In this document: positions 9,523 through 20,172 of the stretch, piece by piece | How the letters are laid out: each line of letters begins with the position of its first letter | Numbering within the stretch: position 1 is the first letter of the stretch | The notes under the pieces: model-generated | Seen by the model: only the letters and a program-made list of their open reading frames with translations | Database searches by the model: none | Told to the model about the DNA's origin: nothing | Program-made: the position numbers and the translations under genes | Source: Chitinophagales bacterium | GTDB taxonomy: Bacteria; Bacteroidota; Bacteroidia; Chitinophagales; JADJOU01 | Direction of reading: 5' to 3' | NCBI GenBank assembly: GCA_044368655.1 | Contig: JBIPPB010000001.1 | Location: 154,918-218,917, forward strand | DNA: 64,000 nucleotides

Positions 9523-10501
9523 GTTAGTCATAGCGTTTTTTTTATTTTTTGTTTACCAAGCAGATGCGCAAGAGATGGGGGCATTTTTACCCTTTGATAG
9601 TGTTGTTAAATCCCAACAAATAGAAGTTACAAGAGCCATTGTTTCTTCGTTGTCTCATGAGAGTTTTCAAGGAAGAAATATGCGAGATGGTTCTATAGAG
9701 TTGACGAAAAATTTTATAGAAAATTTTTTAAAAAAACATCAAATAAAGCCTTTAATTGGGGGGATTTATCGCAATAAATTTAAGTTTGATCAAAATTTTT
9801 TAGCCGAAAATATCGTCGGGGTTATTGATAATATAAAACCAAAAAACGAATATATCGTTTTGTGTGCTAATTATGACCATTTAGGCATAACAGACAATTT
9901 TGAAGGCACCAATGATTACGTATATAATGGTGCTAATGATAACGCTACGGGCTGTGCGGCTTTAATGCAAATGGCACAATTTTTAGCTCGATTTAAATTT
10001 ACCAATAAAGTATTAATTGTATTTTTTGCAGGCAAACACGAAGGAAATTATGGTGCGGGATATTTTGCAGATTATGCTAAAAGGAATAATGTAAATATCA
10101 AAGCGGTAATAAATTTTGAAATGTTAGGAAGGCCATTTCAAGACCAAAAAGGCAAAGTATATATGAATGATAATGAGTTGTCAAATTTATCTTTTGAAAT
10201 TAATTATGCACTCAGAGAAAAGTTTATTGTTGAAAAAATGGAGTCACATGAAGATGATATTTTTGAAGTAGAACCAAAGCAAGATCATATTCCATTTTAT
10301 AATTTATACGGTATACCGGCTAATACTATTTCTACTTTTGACCCACATACCGACACTATTTATATGACTACTAAAGACGATGAAAAAAGTATTGATTTTG
10401 TCAACTTACATCAAATTATTAATAAAATGACCTATGCCGTTTATCATATTTTATATCATAATACTGAAATAAAAACGGAAGCAAAAAAAGAAGAAGAATA
10501 A
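9500..10501 (+). CDS. Exported M28-family metallopeptidase
   Basis: Signal peptide ending ADA|QE. The NGANDNATGCAALMQMAQ zinc-ligand region and a downstream FEMLG segment are typical of M28 aminopeptidases. Confidence 0.75.
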   Translation: MHSKILNKLVIAFFLFFVYQADAQEMGAFLPFDSVVKSQQIEVTRAIVSSLSHESFQGRNMRDGSIELTKNFIENFLKKHQIKPLIGGIYRNKFKFDQNFLAENIVGVIDNIKPKNEYIVLCANYDHLGITDNFEGTNDYVYNGANDNATGCAALMQMAQFLARFKFTNKVLIVFFAGKHEGNYGAGYFADYAKRNNVNIKAVINFEMLGRPFQDQKGKVYMNDNELSNLSFEINYALREKFIVEKMESHEDDIFEVEPKQDHIPFYNLYGIPANTISTFDPHTDTIYMTTKDDEKSIDFVNLHQIINKMTYAVYHILYHNTEIKTEAKKEEE

Positions 10502-10581
10502 CCTGTTCAAAAATCTGATTTTTTTCGAATAATAAAATCGAAATCTATTACTTTTGTAACATTTCAATAATAAAAAAATAT

Positions 10582-12120
10582 ATGAATCCTCAACAAATTC
10601 TAAAAGAAAAAAGAGCACTTGCACAATTGGGAGGTGGACAAAAAAGAATTGATTCGCAACATGCAAAAGGAAAATTAACGGCTCGTGAGCGTGTTGAAAT
10701 ATTGTTAGATGCAAATTCTTTTGAAGAAATTGGAATGTTTGTGGAGCATCGCTGCAAAGATTTTGGAATGGAAAAAGATATTATACTTGGCGATGGTGTC
10801 ATTACGGGATATGGAACGATTGATGGACGATTGGTTTATGTGTTTTCTCAAGACTTTACGGTTTTTGGAGGCTCTTTATCCGAAACGCATGCAGAAAAAA
10901 TATGTAAAATTATGGATTTGGCCATGCAAAATGGTGCACCTGTAATTGGATTAAACGACAGTGGGGGCGCCCGAATTCAAGAAGGTGTTCAAAGCTTGGG
11001 AGGCTACGCCGATATATTTTATAGAAATACAAGAGCCAGCGGCGTGATTCCTCAAATATCTGCTATATTGGGGCCTTGTGCAGGTGGAGCGGTGTATTCA
11101 CCAGCAATTACGGACTTTATTTTTATGGTCGAAAAAACAAGCTACATGTTTGTAACAGGGCCAAATGTAGTAAAAACAGTTACTCACGAAGATATAACGA
11201 GTGAAGCGCTTGGAGGTGCCGAAACACATGCGTCAATAAGTGGCGTAACCCATTTTAAAACAGCTAATGAAGTAGAATGCCTTCAGTCAATTCGTCGCTT
11301 GATGCAATATATTCCTTCAAATTGTGAAGATGAAGCGCCTGTTTATGATTATGAAGCTCAAGATGAACTTCGAATAAAATTAGATAATATTATTCCAGCA
11401 AATGCCAATCAGCCTTATGACATGAAAGAAGTCATTTCGGAAATTATAGATACCGATAGTTTTATGGAAGTACATAAAGATTGGGCAGAAAATATTATTT
11501 GTGGTTTTGCTAAATTAGGGGGAAGAAGTATTGGAATTGTAGCGAATCAGCCGAGTAGCTTAGCGGGGGTTTTGGATATCAATTCTTCAAGAAAAGCAGG
11601 TCGATTTGTTCGTTTTTGTGATGCATTTAATATTCCTTTGCTTACTTTGGTAGATGTACCTGGATTCTTGCCGGGTAAAGATCAAGAATGGCAAGGAATA
11701 ATAACCAATGGTGCCAAACTTCTATATGCATTTAGCGAAGCGACGGTTCCAAAAATTACGGTGATTACTCGAAAAGCATATGGAGGTGCTTATGACGTCA
11801 TGAATTCAAAACATATCGGAGCGGACATGAATTTTGCTTGGCCTTCTGCTGAAATTGCAGTAATGGGCGCTAAAGGAGCTGCGGAAATTATTTTTAAAAA
11901 TGAAATAGCCGCTTCGACGGATAAAGATGCTACTTGGAAGCAGAAAGAAATGGAATATACCGAAACATTTGCTAATCCATATAAAGCAGCAGCAAGAGGA
12001 TTTATAGATGAAGTGATTATGCCGCATGAAACAAGAAAAAAACTAATAAAAGCATTTGATATGCTTAAGAATAAAGTGGTAGCCTTGCCAAAGAAAAAAC
12101 ATGACAATATTCCACTTTAA
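10582..12120 (+). CDS. Acyl-CoA carboxylase carboxyltransferase (beta) subunit, propionyl-CoA carboxylase beta / methylmalonyl-CoA decarboxylase alpha family
   Basis: 512 aa. Hallmarks [57 protein letters not shown]. Confidence 0.88.
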   Translation: MNPQQILKEKRALAQLGGGQKRIDSQHAKGKLTARERVEILLDANSFEEIGMFVEHRCKDFGMEKDIILGDGVITGYGTIDGRLVYVFSQDFTVFGGSLSETHAEKICKIMDLAMQNGAPVIGLNDSGGARIQEGVQSLGGYADIFYRNTRASGVIPQISAILGPCAGGAVYSPAITDFIFMVEKTSYMFVTGPNVVKTVTHEDITSEALGGAETHASISGVTHFKTANEVECLQSIRRLMQYIPSNCEDEAPVYDYEAQDELRIKLDNIIPANANQPYDMKEVISEIIDTDSFMEVHKDWAENIICGFAKLGGRSIGIVANQPSSLAGVLDINSSRKAGRFVRFCDAFNIPLLTLVDVPGFLPGKDQEWQGIITNGAKLLYAFSEATVPKITVITRKAYGGAYDVMNSKHIGADMNFAWPSAEIAVMGAKGAAEIIFKNEIAASTDKDATWKQKEMEYTETFANPYKAAARGFIDEVIMPHETRKKLIKAFDMLKNKVVALPKKKHDNIPL

Positions 12121-12130
12121 TTTTTTGTAT

Positions 12131-13009
12131 ATGCATCAGGCTTTATTTGTAGTTAATAACCTATCCGGAACGGTATCAAAATATAATATTTCAAAAATTG
12201 TAGAACTCAATTTGGATACGGATAAATTTCAATATTCATTTTTCTATATTGATGAAAAAACCAATTCAAATGAATATCAATCTATTTTTGAAAAAAATTA
12301 TGATGTTATTGTTTCGGTTGGAGGTGACGGCACGTTATTGGAAATAGGACAGAATTTAATAAACCAAAAAACTATTTTAGGAATTGTTCCTATCGGAAGT
12401 GGAAATGGATTGGCAACACATCTTGGATATAAACCAAGAAATATAGAGCAGGCTTTTGATGCAATAAATCGATTAGAAGTTATAGAAATTGATGCGGCTC
12501 AAATCAACGAAAGTTATTTTTTTAGTAATTTTGGTTATGGTATTGATGCTAAAATTGCAAAAGACTTTAAAACGAAGAAAAACAGAGGATTTTTAGTTTA
12601 TTCGTGGCTTACTGTCAAACGTTTTTTTAAACTAAAAACGCAAAAAGTAGCGTATAAAATACATGGAGAAACCTTTAAAGTACAAACGTACTTATTTAAT
12701 GTTTTTAATTCTAATTTATTTGGATATAATGTGGGTTTAATTCCTTGGGCGTCCGCTTTTGATCAAAAATTAGATTTGGTGTATCTAAAGAAATTTCCTT
12801 TTTGGAGGCTACCTTATATTTCTTTTTGTATATTGATAAAAAAACCCGAATGGATTAAAGAAATGGTTTATCAAGAAATGGAAGAAATTGAAATTATAAA
12901 TAATAAAGGTAAGATGAAATATCAAGTAGATGGAGATCCTAAAATCACAAAAGAAAATTTGAGAATTAAAATTATACCAAAAGCCCTTCGAGTGGTAAAA
13001 CCATTATAA
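12131..13009 (+). CDS. Lipid/diacylglycerol kinase family protein (YegS/BmrU-like)
   Basis: DAGK catalytic-domain motifs VNNLSG, VSVGGDGTLLE and PIGSGNGLA. I prefer the ATG at 12131 over 12101, which would overlap the upstream gene. Confidence 0.75.
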   Translation: MHQALFVVNNLSGTVSKYNISKIVELNLDTDKFQYSFFYIDEKTNSNEYQSIFEKNYDVIVSVGGDGTLLEIGQNLINQKTILGIVPIGSGNGLATHLGYKPRNIEQAFDAINRLEVIEIDAAQINESYFFSNFGYGIDAKIAKDFKTKKNRGFLVYSWLTVKRFFKLKTQKVAYKIHGETFKVQTYLFNVFNSNLFGYNVGLIPWASAFDQKLDLVYLKKFPFWRLPYISFCILIKKPEWIKEMVYQEMEEIEIINNKGKMKYQVDGDPKITKENLRIKIIPKALRVVKPL

Positions 13010-13034
13010 AAAACACAACATAAAAAAAAATGAT

Positions 13035-13042
13035 TATATTTG
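13035..13042 (+). promoter_or_regulatory. Bacteroidota -7-type promoter box (TATATTTG) upstream of tRNA-Leu
   Basis: Matches the TAnnTTTG consensus 18 nt before the mature tRNA 5' end. No clear -33 TTTG. Confidence 0.4.
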
Positions 13043-13060
13043 CAATCCCATTCGCATAAT

Positions 13061-13144
13061 GCCCGTGTGGCGGAATTGGTAGACGCGCTAGACTCAAAAT
13101 CTGGTTCTGGTAACGGAGTGCTGGTTCGATTCCAGTCGCGGGTA
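13061..13144 (+). tRNA. tRNA-Leu (anticodon CAA), class II with long variable arm
   Basis: Hand-folded. Acceptor GCCCGTG/CGCGGGT, D stem GCG/CGC with GG loop, anticodon stem CTAGA/TCTGG, loop CTCAAAA, long variable arm, T arm with GGTTCGATTCC, discriminator A. CCA is not encoded. Confidence 0.93.
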
Positions 13145-13152
13145 CAAAAAAA

Positions 13153-13183
13153 AGAGCTTCTCAATTGAGAAGCTCTTTTTTTG
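13153..13183. terminator. Bidirectional rho-independent terminator
   Basis: Perfect 10-bp stem AGAGCTTCTC / GAGAAGCTCT with loop AATT, an A-run upstream and a T-run downstream. It can serve tRNA-Leu (+) and the convergent small genes (-). Confidence 0.75.
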
Positions 13184-13184
13184 T

Positions 13185-13355
13185 TTATTTTTTTTTGTAA
13201 ATCTTTAAGAAAATAAAAATTCCAATTAAAATTAAAATGATATTACCTGTTAAGTAGCCTTTGTCAAAACTTGTGAAACTCGTCTTGTTGATTATTTTTA
13301 AAACGGAAAAAATTCCAAATAATACAATAAAGGCTAAAAAAAGATATTTTTTCAT
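13185..13355 (-). CDS. Possible small membrane protein (56 aa), below the ORF-track size cutoff
   Basis: My own translation gives ATG ... TAA = MKKYLFLAFIVLFGIFSVLKIINKTSFTSFDKGYLTGNIILILIGIFIFLKIYKKK. It has two hydrophobic helices, lies 14 nt downstream of the Bor-like gene on the same strand, and ends at the terminator. Confidence 0.3.
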   Translation of the reverse strand: MKKYLFLAFIVLFGIFSVLKIINKTSFTSFDKGYLTGNIILILIGIFIFLKIYKKK

Positions 13356-13368
13356 TAATTTTTTTAAT

Positions 13369-13662
13369 CTATTTTCTTACGGTAGTCGTTGTAGGTGTAT
13401 AAATACCAAAAGTAATCGCGTTGATTAATCCATCTATAAATGAATGCTTAACAGTTACTTCATAATCTTGAGCGTCTCCTGCCATTTCTTTAGCATTTGA
13501 AGTACTGATTGGTGCTAATCCATAGATTAGATAATGATTTTTTTTGCTATATTCAATGCCCGTTTGAGAGCCTTTACCCACTTTCATTGTATAGGTATAG
13601 CATGACGAAATGGAAAATAAAACTCCAATAAATAATACAATTGTTAAAAATGACTTTTTCAT
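13369..13662 (-). CDS. Bor/Iss-family-like small lipoprotein
   Basis: Lipobox LFSISSC. The C-terminal FIDGLINAITFGIYTPTTTTV closely parallels the lambda Bor FVNGLLGFITLGIYTPLEARV. I prefer the start at MKKSFL (13662). Confidence 0.65.
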   Translation of the reverse strand: MKKSFLTIVLFIGVLFSISSCYTYTMKVGKGSQTGIEYSKKNHYLIYGLAPISTSNAKEMAGDAQDYEVTVKHSFIDGLINAITFGIYTPTTTTVRK

Positions 13663-13793
13663 AAAATGATTTTTGGTTTTAAAATAAGTCACAAATGTAT
13701 ATAAAAAATTATATTGAAAACAAACTTTTTATAATAATTATATCTAGTGCGTTCTTTTATACTAAAATTAGTATAGACTTATCAAAAAAATAC

Positions 13794-13801
13794 TATTTTT
13801 G
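13794..13801 (+). promoter_or_regulatory. -7-type promoter box (TATTTTTG) only 4 nt upstream of the lepA ATG
   Basis: Exact TAnnTTTG match. Its position implies a leaderless or near-leaderless transcript. Confidence 0.4.
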
Positions 13802-13805
13802 CTCT

Positions 13806-15608
13806 ATGAAGAGTTTACCTATTAGAAATTTTTGTATTATTGCGCATATTGACCATGGGAAAAGCACTTTGGCCGATCGATTATTAGATTATACAAACAC
13901 CATTACTGAACGACAAAAACAAGACCAATTGTTGGATGATATGGACTTGGAGCGAGAACGCGGAATTACGATTAAAAGCCATGCCATTCAAATGGACTAT
14001 ATCTTTGAAGGACAGGCTTACAAAATTAATTTAATTGATACGCCGGGGCATGTAGATTTTTCTTATGAAGTCAGCCGAAGTATTGCTTCTTGTGAGGGGG
14101 CACTTTTATTGGTTGACGCCACTCAAGGCATACAAGCGCAAACCATTTCTAATTTATATTTAGCGTTAGAAAATGATCTTGAAATTATACCCGTTGTCAA
14201 TAAAATTGATATGGACGGCGCTATGATTGAAGAAGTGAAAGATCAAATTGTAGATTTGATTGGATGTCCTCGTGAAGATATTTTGGAAGCCAGTGGCAAA
14301 TCAGGAATTGGTATTGAAGGGATTTTAAAAGCTGTTATTGAGCGTGTGCCTGCACCAAAAGGAGAAGAAGACGCAAAGCTTCAGGCGATGATTTTTGATT
14401 CTGTTTTTAATCCTTTTAGAGGGGTAATTGCCTATTTTAGAATTTTTAATGGCATTATCAAAAAGAATGATAAAGTCCGTTTTATTAATACGGGAAAAGA
14501 TTATACCGCCGATGAAATAGGTATTTTACGATTGACGCCAGAGCCTAAAGAAGAGCTTCGGGCAGGCGACGTAGGTTATATCATTACCGGAATCAAACAA
14601 GCAAAAGAAATTAAAGTTGGAGATACCGTTACTTTGGCTTCAAATCCTGCTACCGAAGGCGTTAAGGGTTTTGAAGATGTAAAACCAATGGTATTTGCAG
14701 GTATTTATCCTATCGATACGGATGATTTTGAAGATTTAAGAGACAGCTTGGACAAATTACAACTTAATGATGCATCGCTTGTTTTTGAACCCGAAACATC
14801 GGTAGCCTTAGGGTTTGGCTTTAGATGTGGATTCTTAGGATTGCTTCATTTAGAAATCATTAGTGAACGACTGGAGCGCGAGTTTGATCAAAATATTATT
14901 GTAACGGTTCCTCAAGTGAGTTATCATTGTTATTTGAGTAAAGAAAAAGATAAACAAATATACTTACACAATCCTTCCGAACTTCCTGATGTAACAACAA
15001 TCGATCGAATTGAAGAACCATGGATTAAGTCTCAAATTATTACAAAACCAGAATATATCGGTAGTTTGATTAATTTGTGTATGGAAAAACGAGGTATTTT
15101 GTTAAATCAAATTTACCTAACTCCAGAACGTGTTGAGCTTCAATTCGAATTGCCTTTGGCCGAAATTGTTTTTGATTTTTATGATAAACTAAAATCCATC
15201 TCTAAAGGTTATGCTTCTTTTGATTATCAAATTACAGGGTACAGACCCGGCGATTTAGTAAAATTAGATATTAAACTAAATGGTGAAAATGTAGATGCTT
15301 TTTCATCAATGATTCACCGAGACAAAGCCTATGATTTTGGTAGAAGATTATGTGAAAAATTAAAAGATTTGATACCAAAACAGCAATTCGTAATTGCCAT
15401 TCAAGCAGCTATCGGAATGAAAATTATTTCAAGAGAAACCATTTCGGCTATGCGAAAAGATGTTACCGCAAAATGTTATGGTGGTGATATTTCTAGAAAA
15501 CGAAAACTATTGGAAAAACAAAAGAAAGGAAAGAAAAAAATGCGTCAATTTGGAAAAGTAGAAGTTCCGCAAGAAGCGTTTTTGGCGGTATTAAAACTCA
15601 ACGATTAA
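13806..15608 (+). CDS. lepA: Elongation factor 4 (LepA)
   Basis: [23 protein letters not shown]1 motif, [13 protein letters not shown], and the conserved LepA C-terminus [24 protein letters not shown]. The tracked 13695 start adds a non-homologous extension. Confidence 0.95.
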   Translation: MKSLPIRNFCIIAHIDHGKSTLADRLLDYTNTITERQKQDQLLDDMDLERERGITIKSHAIQMDYIFEGQAYKINLIDTPGHVDFSYEVSRSIASCEGALLLVDATQGIQAQTISNLYLALENDLEIIPVVNKIDMDGAMIEEVKDQIVDLIGCPREDILEASGKSGIGIEGILKAVIERVPAPKGEEDAKLQAMIFDSVFNPFRGVIAYFRIFNGIIKKNDKVRFINTGKDYTADEIGILRLTPEPKEELRAGDVGYIITGIKQAKEIKVGDTVTLASNPATEGVKGFEDVKPMVFAGIYPIDTDDFEDLRDSLDKLQLNDASLVFEPETSVALGFGFRCGFLGLLHLEIISERLEREFDQNIIVTVPQVSYHCYLSKEKDKQIYLHNPSELPDVTTIDRIEEPWIKSQIITKPEYIGSLINLCMEKRGILLNQIYLTPERVELQFELPLAEIVFDFYDKLKSISKGYASFDYQITGYRPGDLVKLDIKLNGENVDAFSSMIHRDKAYDFGRRLCEKLKDLIPKQQFVIAIQAAIGMKIISRETISAMRKDVTAKCYGGDISRKRKLLEKQKKGKKKMRQFGKVEVPQEAFLAVLKLND

Positions 15609-15628
15609 TCTATATTTTCAAAACAATC

Positions 15629-17113
15629 ATGCAAAAACAAATTAAAAATGCACTTGTTTCAGTGTATTACAAAGATGGCTTAGAGCCGATTATTAAACTA
15701 TTAGCAGCACAAGGCACTAAATTGTATTCATCGGGAGGCACATATCAATTCATCAAAGATTTAGGTTTAGAGTGCACCAAAGTTGAAGATTTAACAGGAT
15801 TTCCCGAAATTTTAGATGGCCGTGTAAAAACCCTACATCCTAAAGTTTTTGGAGGTTTGTTAGGGATTCAAAATAATGAACAACATCATCAACAATTGGT
15901 TCAGCATCAAATTCCAGCATATGATTTAATGATTTGTACGTTATACCCATTTAAAGAGTATTTAGAGAAAAATGCATCGCATGAAGAATTAATTGAAAAA
16001 ATTGATATTGGAGGAGTTAGTTTGATTCGTGCGGCAGCCAAAAACTATCAAGATGTTCTATGTGTGGCTAATGCAGCGGATTATTCAGAAGTTTTAGATG
16101 TTTTACAAAACAATCAAAACGACATTTCTTTTAGAAAAAAAATGGCGGCACAAGCATTTAAAACAATTTCGGAATATGACAAACAAATTTCGGATTATTT
16201 TAATGCTTCTGAAAATATGTCTTTAAGATATGGCGAAAATCCACACCAAAAGGCATCGTTTCAAGGTGATTTTAATGCAATGTTTCAGCAACTTCATGGA
16301 AAAGAAATCAGCTACAACAATATTCTTGACTTGGACGCAGCGGTTAAAGTGATTGCAGAATTTGAAGCACCTACGTTTGCGATACTAAAACATAACAATA
16401 CGTGTGGACTCGCTTCGGACAGCAGTTTATCAAAAGCATATCAAAAAGCCTTAGCTTCCGATCCGGTAAGCGCATTCGGAGGTGTTTTGATTTGTAATCG
16501 TCCAATAGATATAGAAACCGCAACATTGATTGATACGTTATTTTGCGAGATTTTAGTTGCGCCTGCATATGAAGAAGGTACATTTGAAATTTTGAGCAAG
16601 AAAAAGAATAGAATTATCTTAATTCAAAAAACACAAGTAGCGTCTCAATCGGAAAATGTTAGAACCGTTTTAAATGGCCAATTGATTCAAGATGCAGACC
16701 AAAAGACAGAAAACAGAAAGGATTGGAATCAAGTTTCTGGAACACCTTTAACAGAAGAAGAAACTTTAGATTTAGAATTTTCGATAAAAGCAGTAAAACA
16801 TCTAAAATCCAATGCGATTGCTTTAGTTAAAAATCAACAATTAGTGGCTATGGGTTGTGGAATGGTATCTCGAGTGGATGCATTACGACATGCTATAAAA
16901 AAAGCGGAAGAGTTTGGTCTTTCATTAGAAGGAGCTACGATGGCAAGTGATGCCTTTTTTCCGTTTGCAGATTGTGTATCTATTGCTAACGAAAATGGTA
17001 TAAAAAACGTAGCGCAACCAGGAGGCTCTATTAAAGATCAAGACAGTATTGACTTTTGTATCAATAATAATATTAAAATGGTCTTAACGGGTGTAAGACA
17101 TTTTAATCATTAG
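15629..17113 (+). CDS. purH: Bifunctional AICAR formyltransferase / IMP cyclohydrolase
   Basis: N-terminal ALVSVYYKDGL (MGS-like domain), GRVKTLHPKVFGGLL, GGVSLIRAAAKN and C-terminal QPGGSIKDQDSI ... TGVRHFNH. Confidence 0.95.
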   Translation: MQKQIKNALVSVYYKDGLEPIIKLLAAQGTKLYSSGGTYQFIKDLGLECTKVEDLTGFPEILDGRVKTLHPKVFGGLLGIQNNEQHHQQLVQHQIPAYDLMICTLYPFKEYLEKNASHEELIEKIDIGGVSLIRAAAKNYQDVLCVANAADYSEVLDVLQNNQNDISFRKKMAAQAFKTISEYDKQISDYFNASENMSLRYGENPHQKASFQGDFNAMFQQLHGKEISYNNILDLDAAVKVIAEFEAPTFAILKHNNTCGLASDSSLSKAYQKALASDPVSAFGGVLICNRPIDIETATLIDTLFCEILVAPAYEEGTFEILSKKKNRIILIQKTQVASQSENVRTVLNGQLIQDADQKTENRKDWNQVSGTPLTEEETLDLEFSIKAVKHLKSNAIALVKNQQLVAMGCGMVSRVDALRHAIKKAEEFGLSLEGATMASDAFFPFADCVSIANENGIKNVAQPGGSIKDQDSIDFCINNNIKMVLTGVRHFNH

Positions 17114-17203
17114 AATATAATGTAAACGCAGCCCAACTTTTTAGTAAATGCATAAAAAATAAGCTTAATTTAATATTGATTTATATTCTTCTGGAATGTT
17201 CTT

Positions 17204-19822
17204 TTAATTTTCTTCATTTTCTTTATCCAAATATTCTTGAACTACTTCTATTGCGTTGGTTATTACATCGCTAAGTGCTGTAATGAAATAGCCTTCTTCA
17301 GCCATATTCATCGCATGTTTTAGTGCTTTTACTTCTTTGGGTATAATTTCATAAGAAACTTCTTTGCCCGATGCATTGAGTCCATCTAAAATCAATCCTG
17401 TAATATTTTCCTCAGTTCGCCCTCTAAGATGTTTTTCTTGTCTAATGATGATATGGTCAAACATTCGTCCTGCTATTTGTGCACATTCTCTAATGTCCTC
17501 ATCTCTTCGGTCACCCACACCAGCTATGATACCAATTTTCTTTTTGGCATCTATTGAAGAAAGAAAATCTTCTATTCCCAAATATCCCGTTGGATTGTGA
17601 GCAAAGTCTATCATCACTTTAAATTTCTTAAATTCAAAGATGTTCATTCTTCCTGGCGTTTGTGCGGCACCTGGCAAAAATGTTTTTAAAGATAAGCTGA
17701 TATCATCGGTTTTAAATCCATATAGATAACTTGCTAAAGAAGCCGCCAATACATTCGCTATCATATATTTGGCTTTGCCTCCAAATGTCAAAGGTACATG
17801 AGCCGCTTTATCAATTCTGATTTTCCATTCGCCTTTCTTTATGGTTATAAATCCATTTTCGTAAACCGCTAATATTTTATTTTGCTTCGTTAATTTTTTA
17901 GAATTGGAGCTTGTTTCGTCCATAGAAAAATAGGCAATATTACAATCCAAATCATTCGCAATTTTCATACAGTTAATATCGTCGGCATTCAAAATAGCCC
18001 ATCCGTTCTTTTTTACACTTTTGACTACTACCGATTTTACTCGAGCCAGATCTTCTATCGTATCGATATCACTTATACCCAAATGGTCTCCTTGAAGATT
18101 GGTTATTATACCAATATCACAGCTATTGAAGCCTAGTCCAGACCTGAGGATTCCTCCTCTAGCAGTTTCTAATACCGCTACTTCTACACTGGGGTCTTTT
18201 AGGATATATTCGGCCGATAATGGGCCCGTAGTATCACCTTTTTCCATCATGTGATTTTGGATATAAATTCCATCTGAAGTAGTAAAACCAACCTTAAATC
18301 CATTGTTTTTGATAATATGGGCTATCAATCGAGTTGTTGTCGTTTTTCCATTTGTTCCCGTTATGGCTATTATTGGAATTCTACTTGGCTTCCCGAGTGG
18401 GTAGAGCATGTCTATCACGGGTGAGGCTACGTTTCTAGGAAGTCCTTCTGCAGGAGCTAAGTGCATACGAAATCCCGGTGCTGCATTCACTTCTAATATA
18501 CAACCTCCATTTACTTTGAGAGGTTCGGTTAGATTAGGTGCCATTATATCTATTCCACAAATATCTAATCCTATTATTCTAGAAATTCGCTCGCACAAAA
18601 AGATATTTTCGGGGTGCATCATATCGGTCACATCTGTTGAAGTTCCCCCTGTGCTTAAGTTTGCAGTTGATTTTAAATATACGATTTCATTTTTTTTAGG
18701 GATCGTATTTAGCGTATACCCTTTCTTTTCCAGCAAATCTTCCGAATCTCGGTCTATGGTTATTTCGGTCAATACATTTTCATGTCCATATCCTCTTCGA
18801 GGGTCTTTGTTGGTTTCATCTACTAGTTCTTGAATCGTGTTTACTCCATTTCCAACTACATTTGCAGGTTCGCGTCTTGCGGCGGCTACAAGTTTGTTGT
18901 CAATGACCAATACTCGAAAATCATGTCCTGTTACATATTTTTCTACAATTACTTTTCTACTTATTTTTTTGGCTACTTCTAACCCTTCTATAGCTTCATC
19001 CCACGTTTTTATATTTATGGAAATTCCTCGTCCATGATTGCCATCCAAAGGTTTTATTACAATTGGATACCCTATTTTATTGATTACATTTTCCAAATCT
19101 TCAATATCTATACAAATATCTCCTTTTGGAACAGGAATCGACGCCAAGTCTAGCATTCGTTTTGTAGATTCTTTGTCACACGCCAAATCTACCGCTATAG
19201 AACTGGTTTTGCAGGTTATAGTTGCCTGAAAACGCATTTGATTAATACCGTATCCCAATTGAACCAAAGAATTAGAACCTAATCGAATCCATGGTATATC
19301 TCTAGCTACTGCTTCGTCTACAATACTTCCTGTAGAAGGGCCTAGCCTTACACGTTCTCTAATTTCCTTCATTTTTTGAATATCAGCCTCCAAATCATAA
19401 GGCTTGTCATCTATCAATGCCTGAGCCAATGCTACCGATGCTTCTGCTGCATACAATCCTACATTCTCTTCCAAATAGCTGAATACTACATTATAAACTC
19501 CGGGCGTCTTGGTTTCTCTAGTTCTTCCAAATCCCGTATCCATTCCAGCCAATGTTTGAATTTCCAGCGCTATGTGTTCTATCACATGTCCCATCCACGT
19601 TCCATTGTCTACTCTATGAAAAAAACCACCTCGCACGCCTTCCGAACATCTATGTTCTATCATAGAAGGAATCATCGCTTCGAGCCTTTCTCTAAATCCC
19701 TTAATTTTGTTTGTAGGTAATTCTTCCAATTCTTCTAAATCCAATCGCATTTGAATGAGTTTTTTTCTATTGATACTCCAAATATTGGGGCCACGTAATG
19801 CTTGAATTTTAAGAATTTTCAT
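17204..19822 (-). CDS. cphA: Cyanophycin synthetase (CphA1 type: N domain, ATP-grasp G domain, Mur-ligase-like M domain)
   Basis: N-terminus MKILKIQALRGPNIWS, ATP-grasp region, and Mur-ligase P-loop AITGTNGKTTTTRL. The ATG at 19822 matches the canonical CphA N-terminus (tracked start 19840 is TTG). Confidence 0.93.
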   Translation of the reverse strand: MKILKIQALRGPNIWSINRKKLIQMRLDLEELEELPTNKIKGFRERLEAMIPSMIEHRCSEGVRGGFFHRVDNGTWMGHVIEHIALEIQTLAGMDTGFGRTRETKTPGVYNVVFSYLEENVGLYAAEASVALAQALIDDKPYDLEADIQKMKEIRERVRLGPSTGSIVDEAVARDIPWIRLGSNSLVQLGYGINQMRFQATITCKTSSIAVDLACDKESTKRMLDLASIPVPKGDICIDIEDLENVINKIGYPIVIKPLDGNHGRGISINIKTWDEAIEGLEVAKKISRKVIVEKYVTGHDFRVLVIDNKLVAAARREPANVVGNGVNTIQELVDETNKDPRRGYGHENVLTEITIDRDSEDLLEKKGYTLNTIPKKNEIVYLKSTANLSTGGTSTDVTDMMHPENIFLCERISRIIGLDICGIDIMAPNLTEPLKVNGGCILEVNAAPGFRMHLAPAEGLPRNVASPVIDMLYPLGKPSRIPIIAITGTNGKTTTTRLIAHIIKNNGFKVGFTTSDGIYIQNHMMEKGDTTGPLSAEYILKDPSVEVAVLETARGGILRSGLGFNSCDIGIITNLQGDHLGISDIDTIEDLARVKSVVVKSVKKNGWAILNADDINCMKIANDLDCNIAYFSMDETSSNSKKLTKQNKILAVYENGFITIKKGEWKIRIDKAAHVPLTFGGKAKYMIANVLAASLASYLYGFKTDDISLSLKTFLPGAAQTPGRMNIFEFKKFKVMIDFAHNPTGYLGIEDFLSSIDAKKKIGIIAGVGDRRDEDIRECAQIAGRMFDHIIIRQEKHLRGRTEENITGLILDGLNASGKEVSYEIIPKEVKALKHAMNMAEEGYFITALSDVITNAIEVVQEYLDKENEEN

Positions 19823-20159
19823 GTTTAATATTTTTAACAAATTGGTAATTAATCTATTTTTTCTTCAGAAAAAATTGAATAGTCTAATGTTCAAAAGCTT
19901 CCAAAAGTTCAAATGTAATAATTAATTAGTAAATATCATTAAAATTTTTCTTAAATTTCATGAGAGATTGTAAATGTTATAGCATTTTTATTAAAAGATA
20001 GCATTCTTCTAAAATATGAATTTTAATACCTCTTTTGAAAAGATATTTTATAAAACGTCCTTTTGCAGATAATATTTAAATAGACTTCTTTATGCTAAAT
20101 CATTGAACGTAATGCACATGTTGTGGAAAATAGAGTGCAATACTATGCTTTAATATTAC

Positions 20160-20167
20160 TAGCTTTG
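20160..20167 (+). promoter_or_regulatory. -7-type promoter box (TAGCTTTG) 5 nt upstream of the cphB ATG
   Basis: Exact TAnnTTTG match in the cphA/cphB divergent spacer. It implies a near-leaderless mRNA. Confidence 0.4.
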
Positions 20168-20172
20168 CATCT

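Noticed and set aside
13695-13805. Long N-terminal extensions in the ORF track: lepA from 13695, the peptidase from 45410, the secreted protein from 47753, the ATPase from 52910, cphA from 19840 and glyQS from 44563.
   Set aside because: The extensions start at TTG or upstream ATG codons, run through promoter-like or repeat DNA, and precede canonical family N-termini or signal peptides that begin at internal ATGs.
19979-20005. The direct repeat ATAGCATT ... ATAGCATT (19-bp spacing) and the TTTTTCTTCAGAAAAA palindrome in the cphA/cphB divergent spacer, considered as regulator sites.
   Set aside because: An 8-mer repeat within 330 bp of AT-rich DNA is about what chance predicts. There is no further support.
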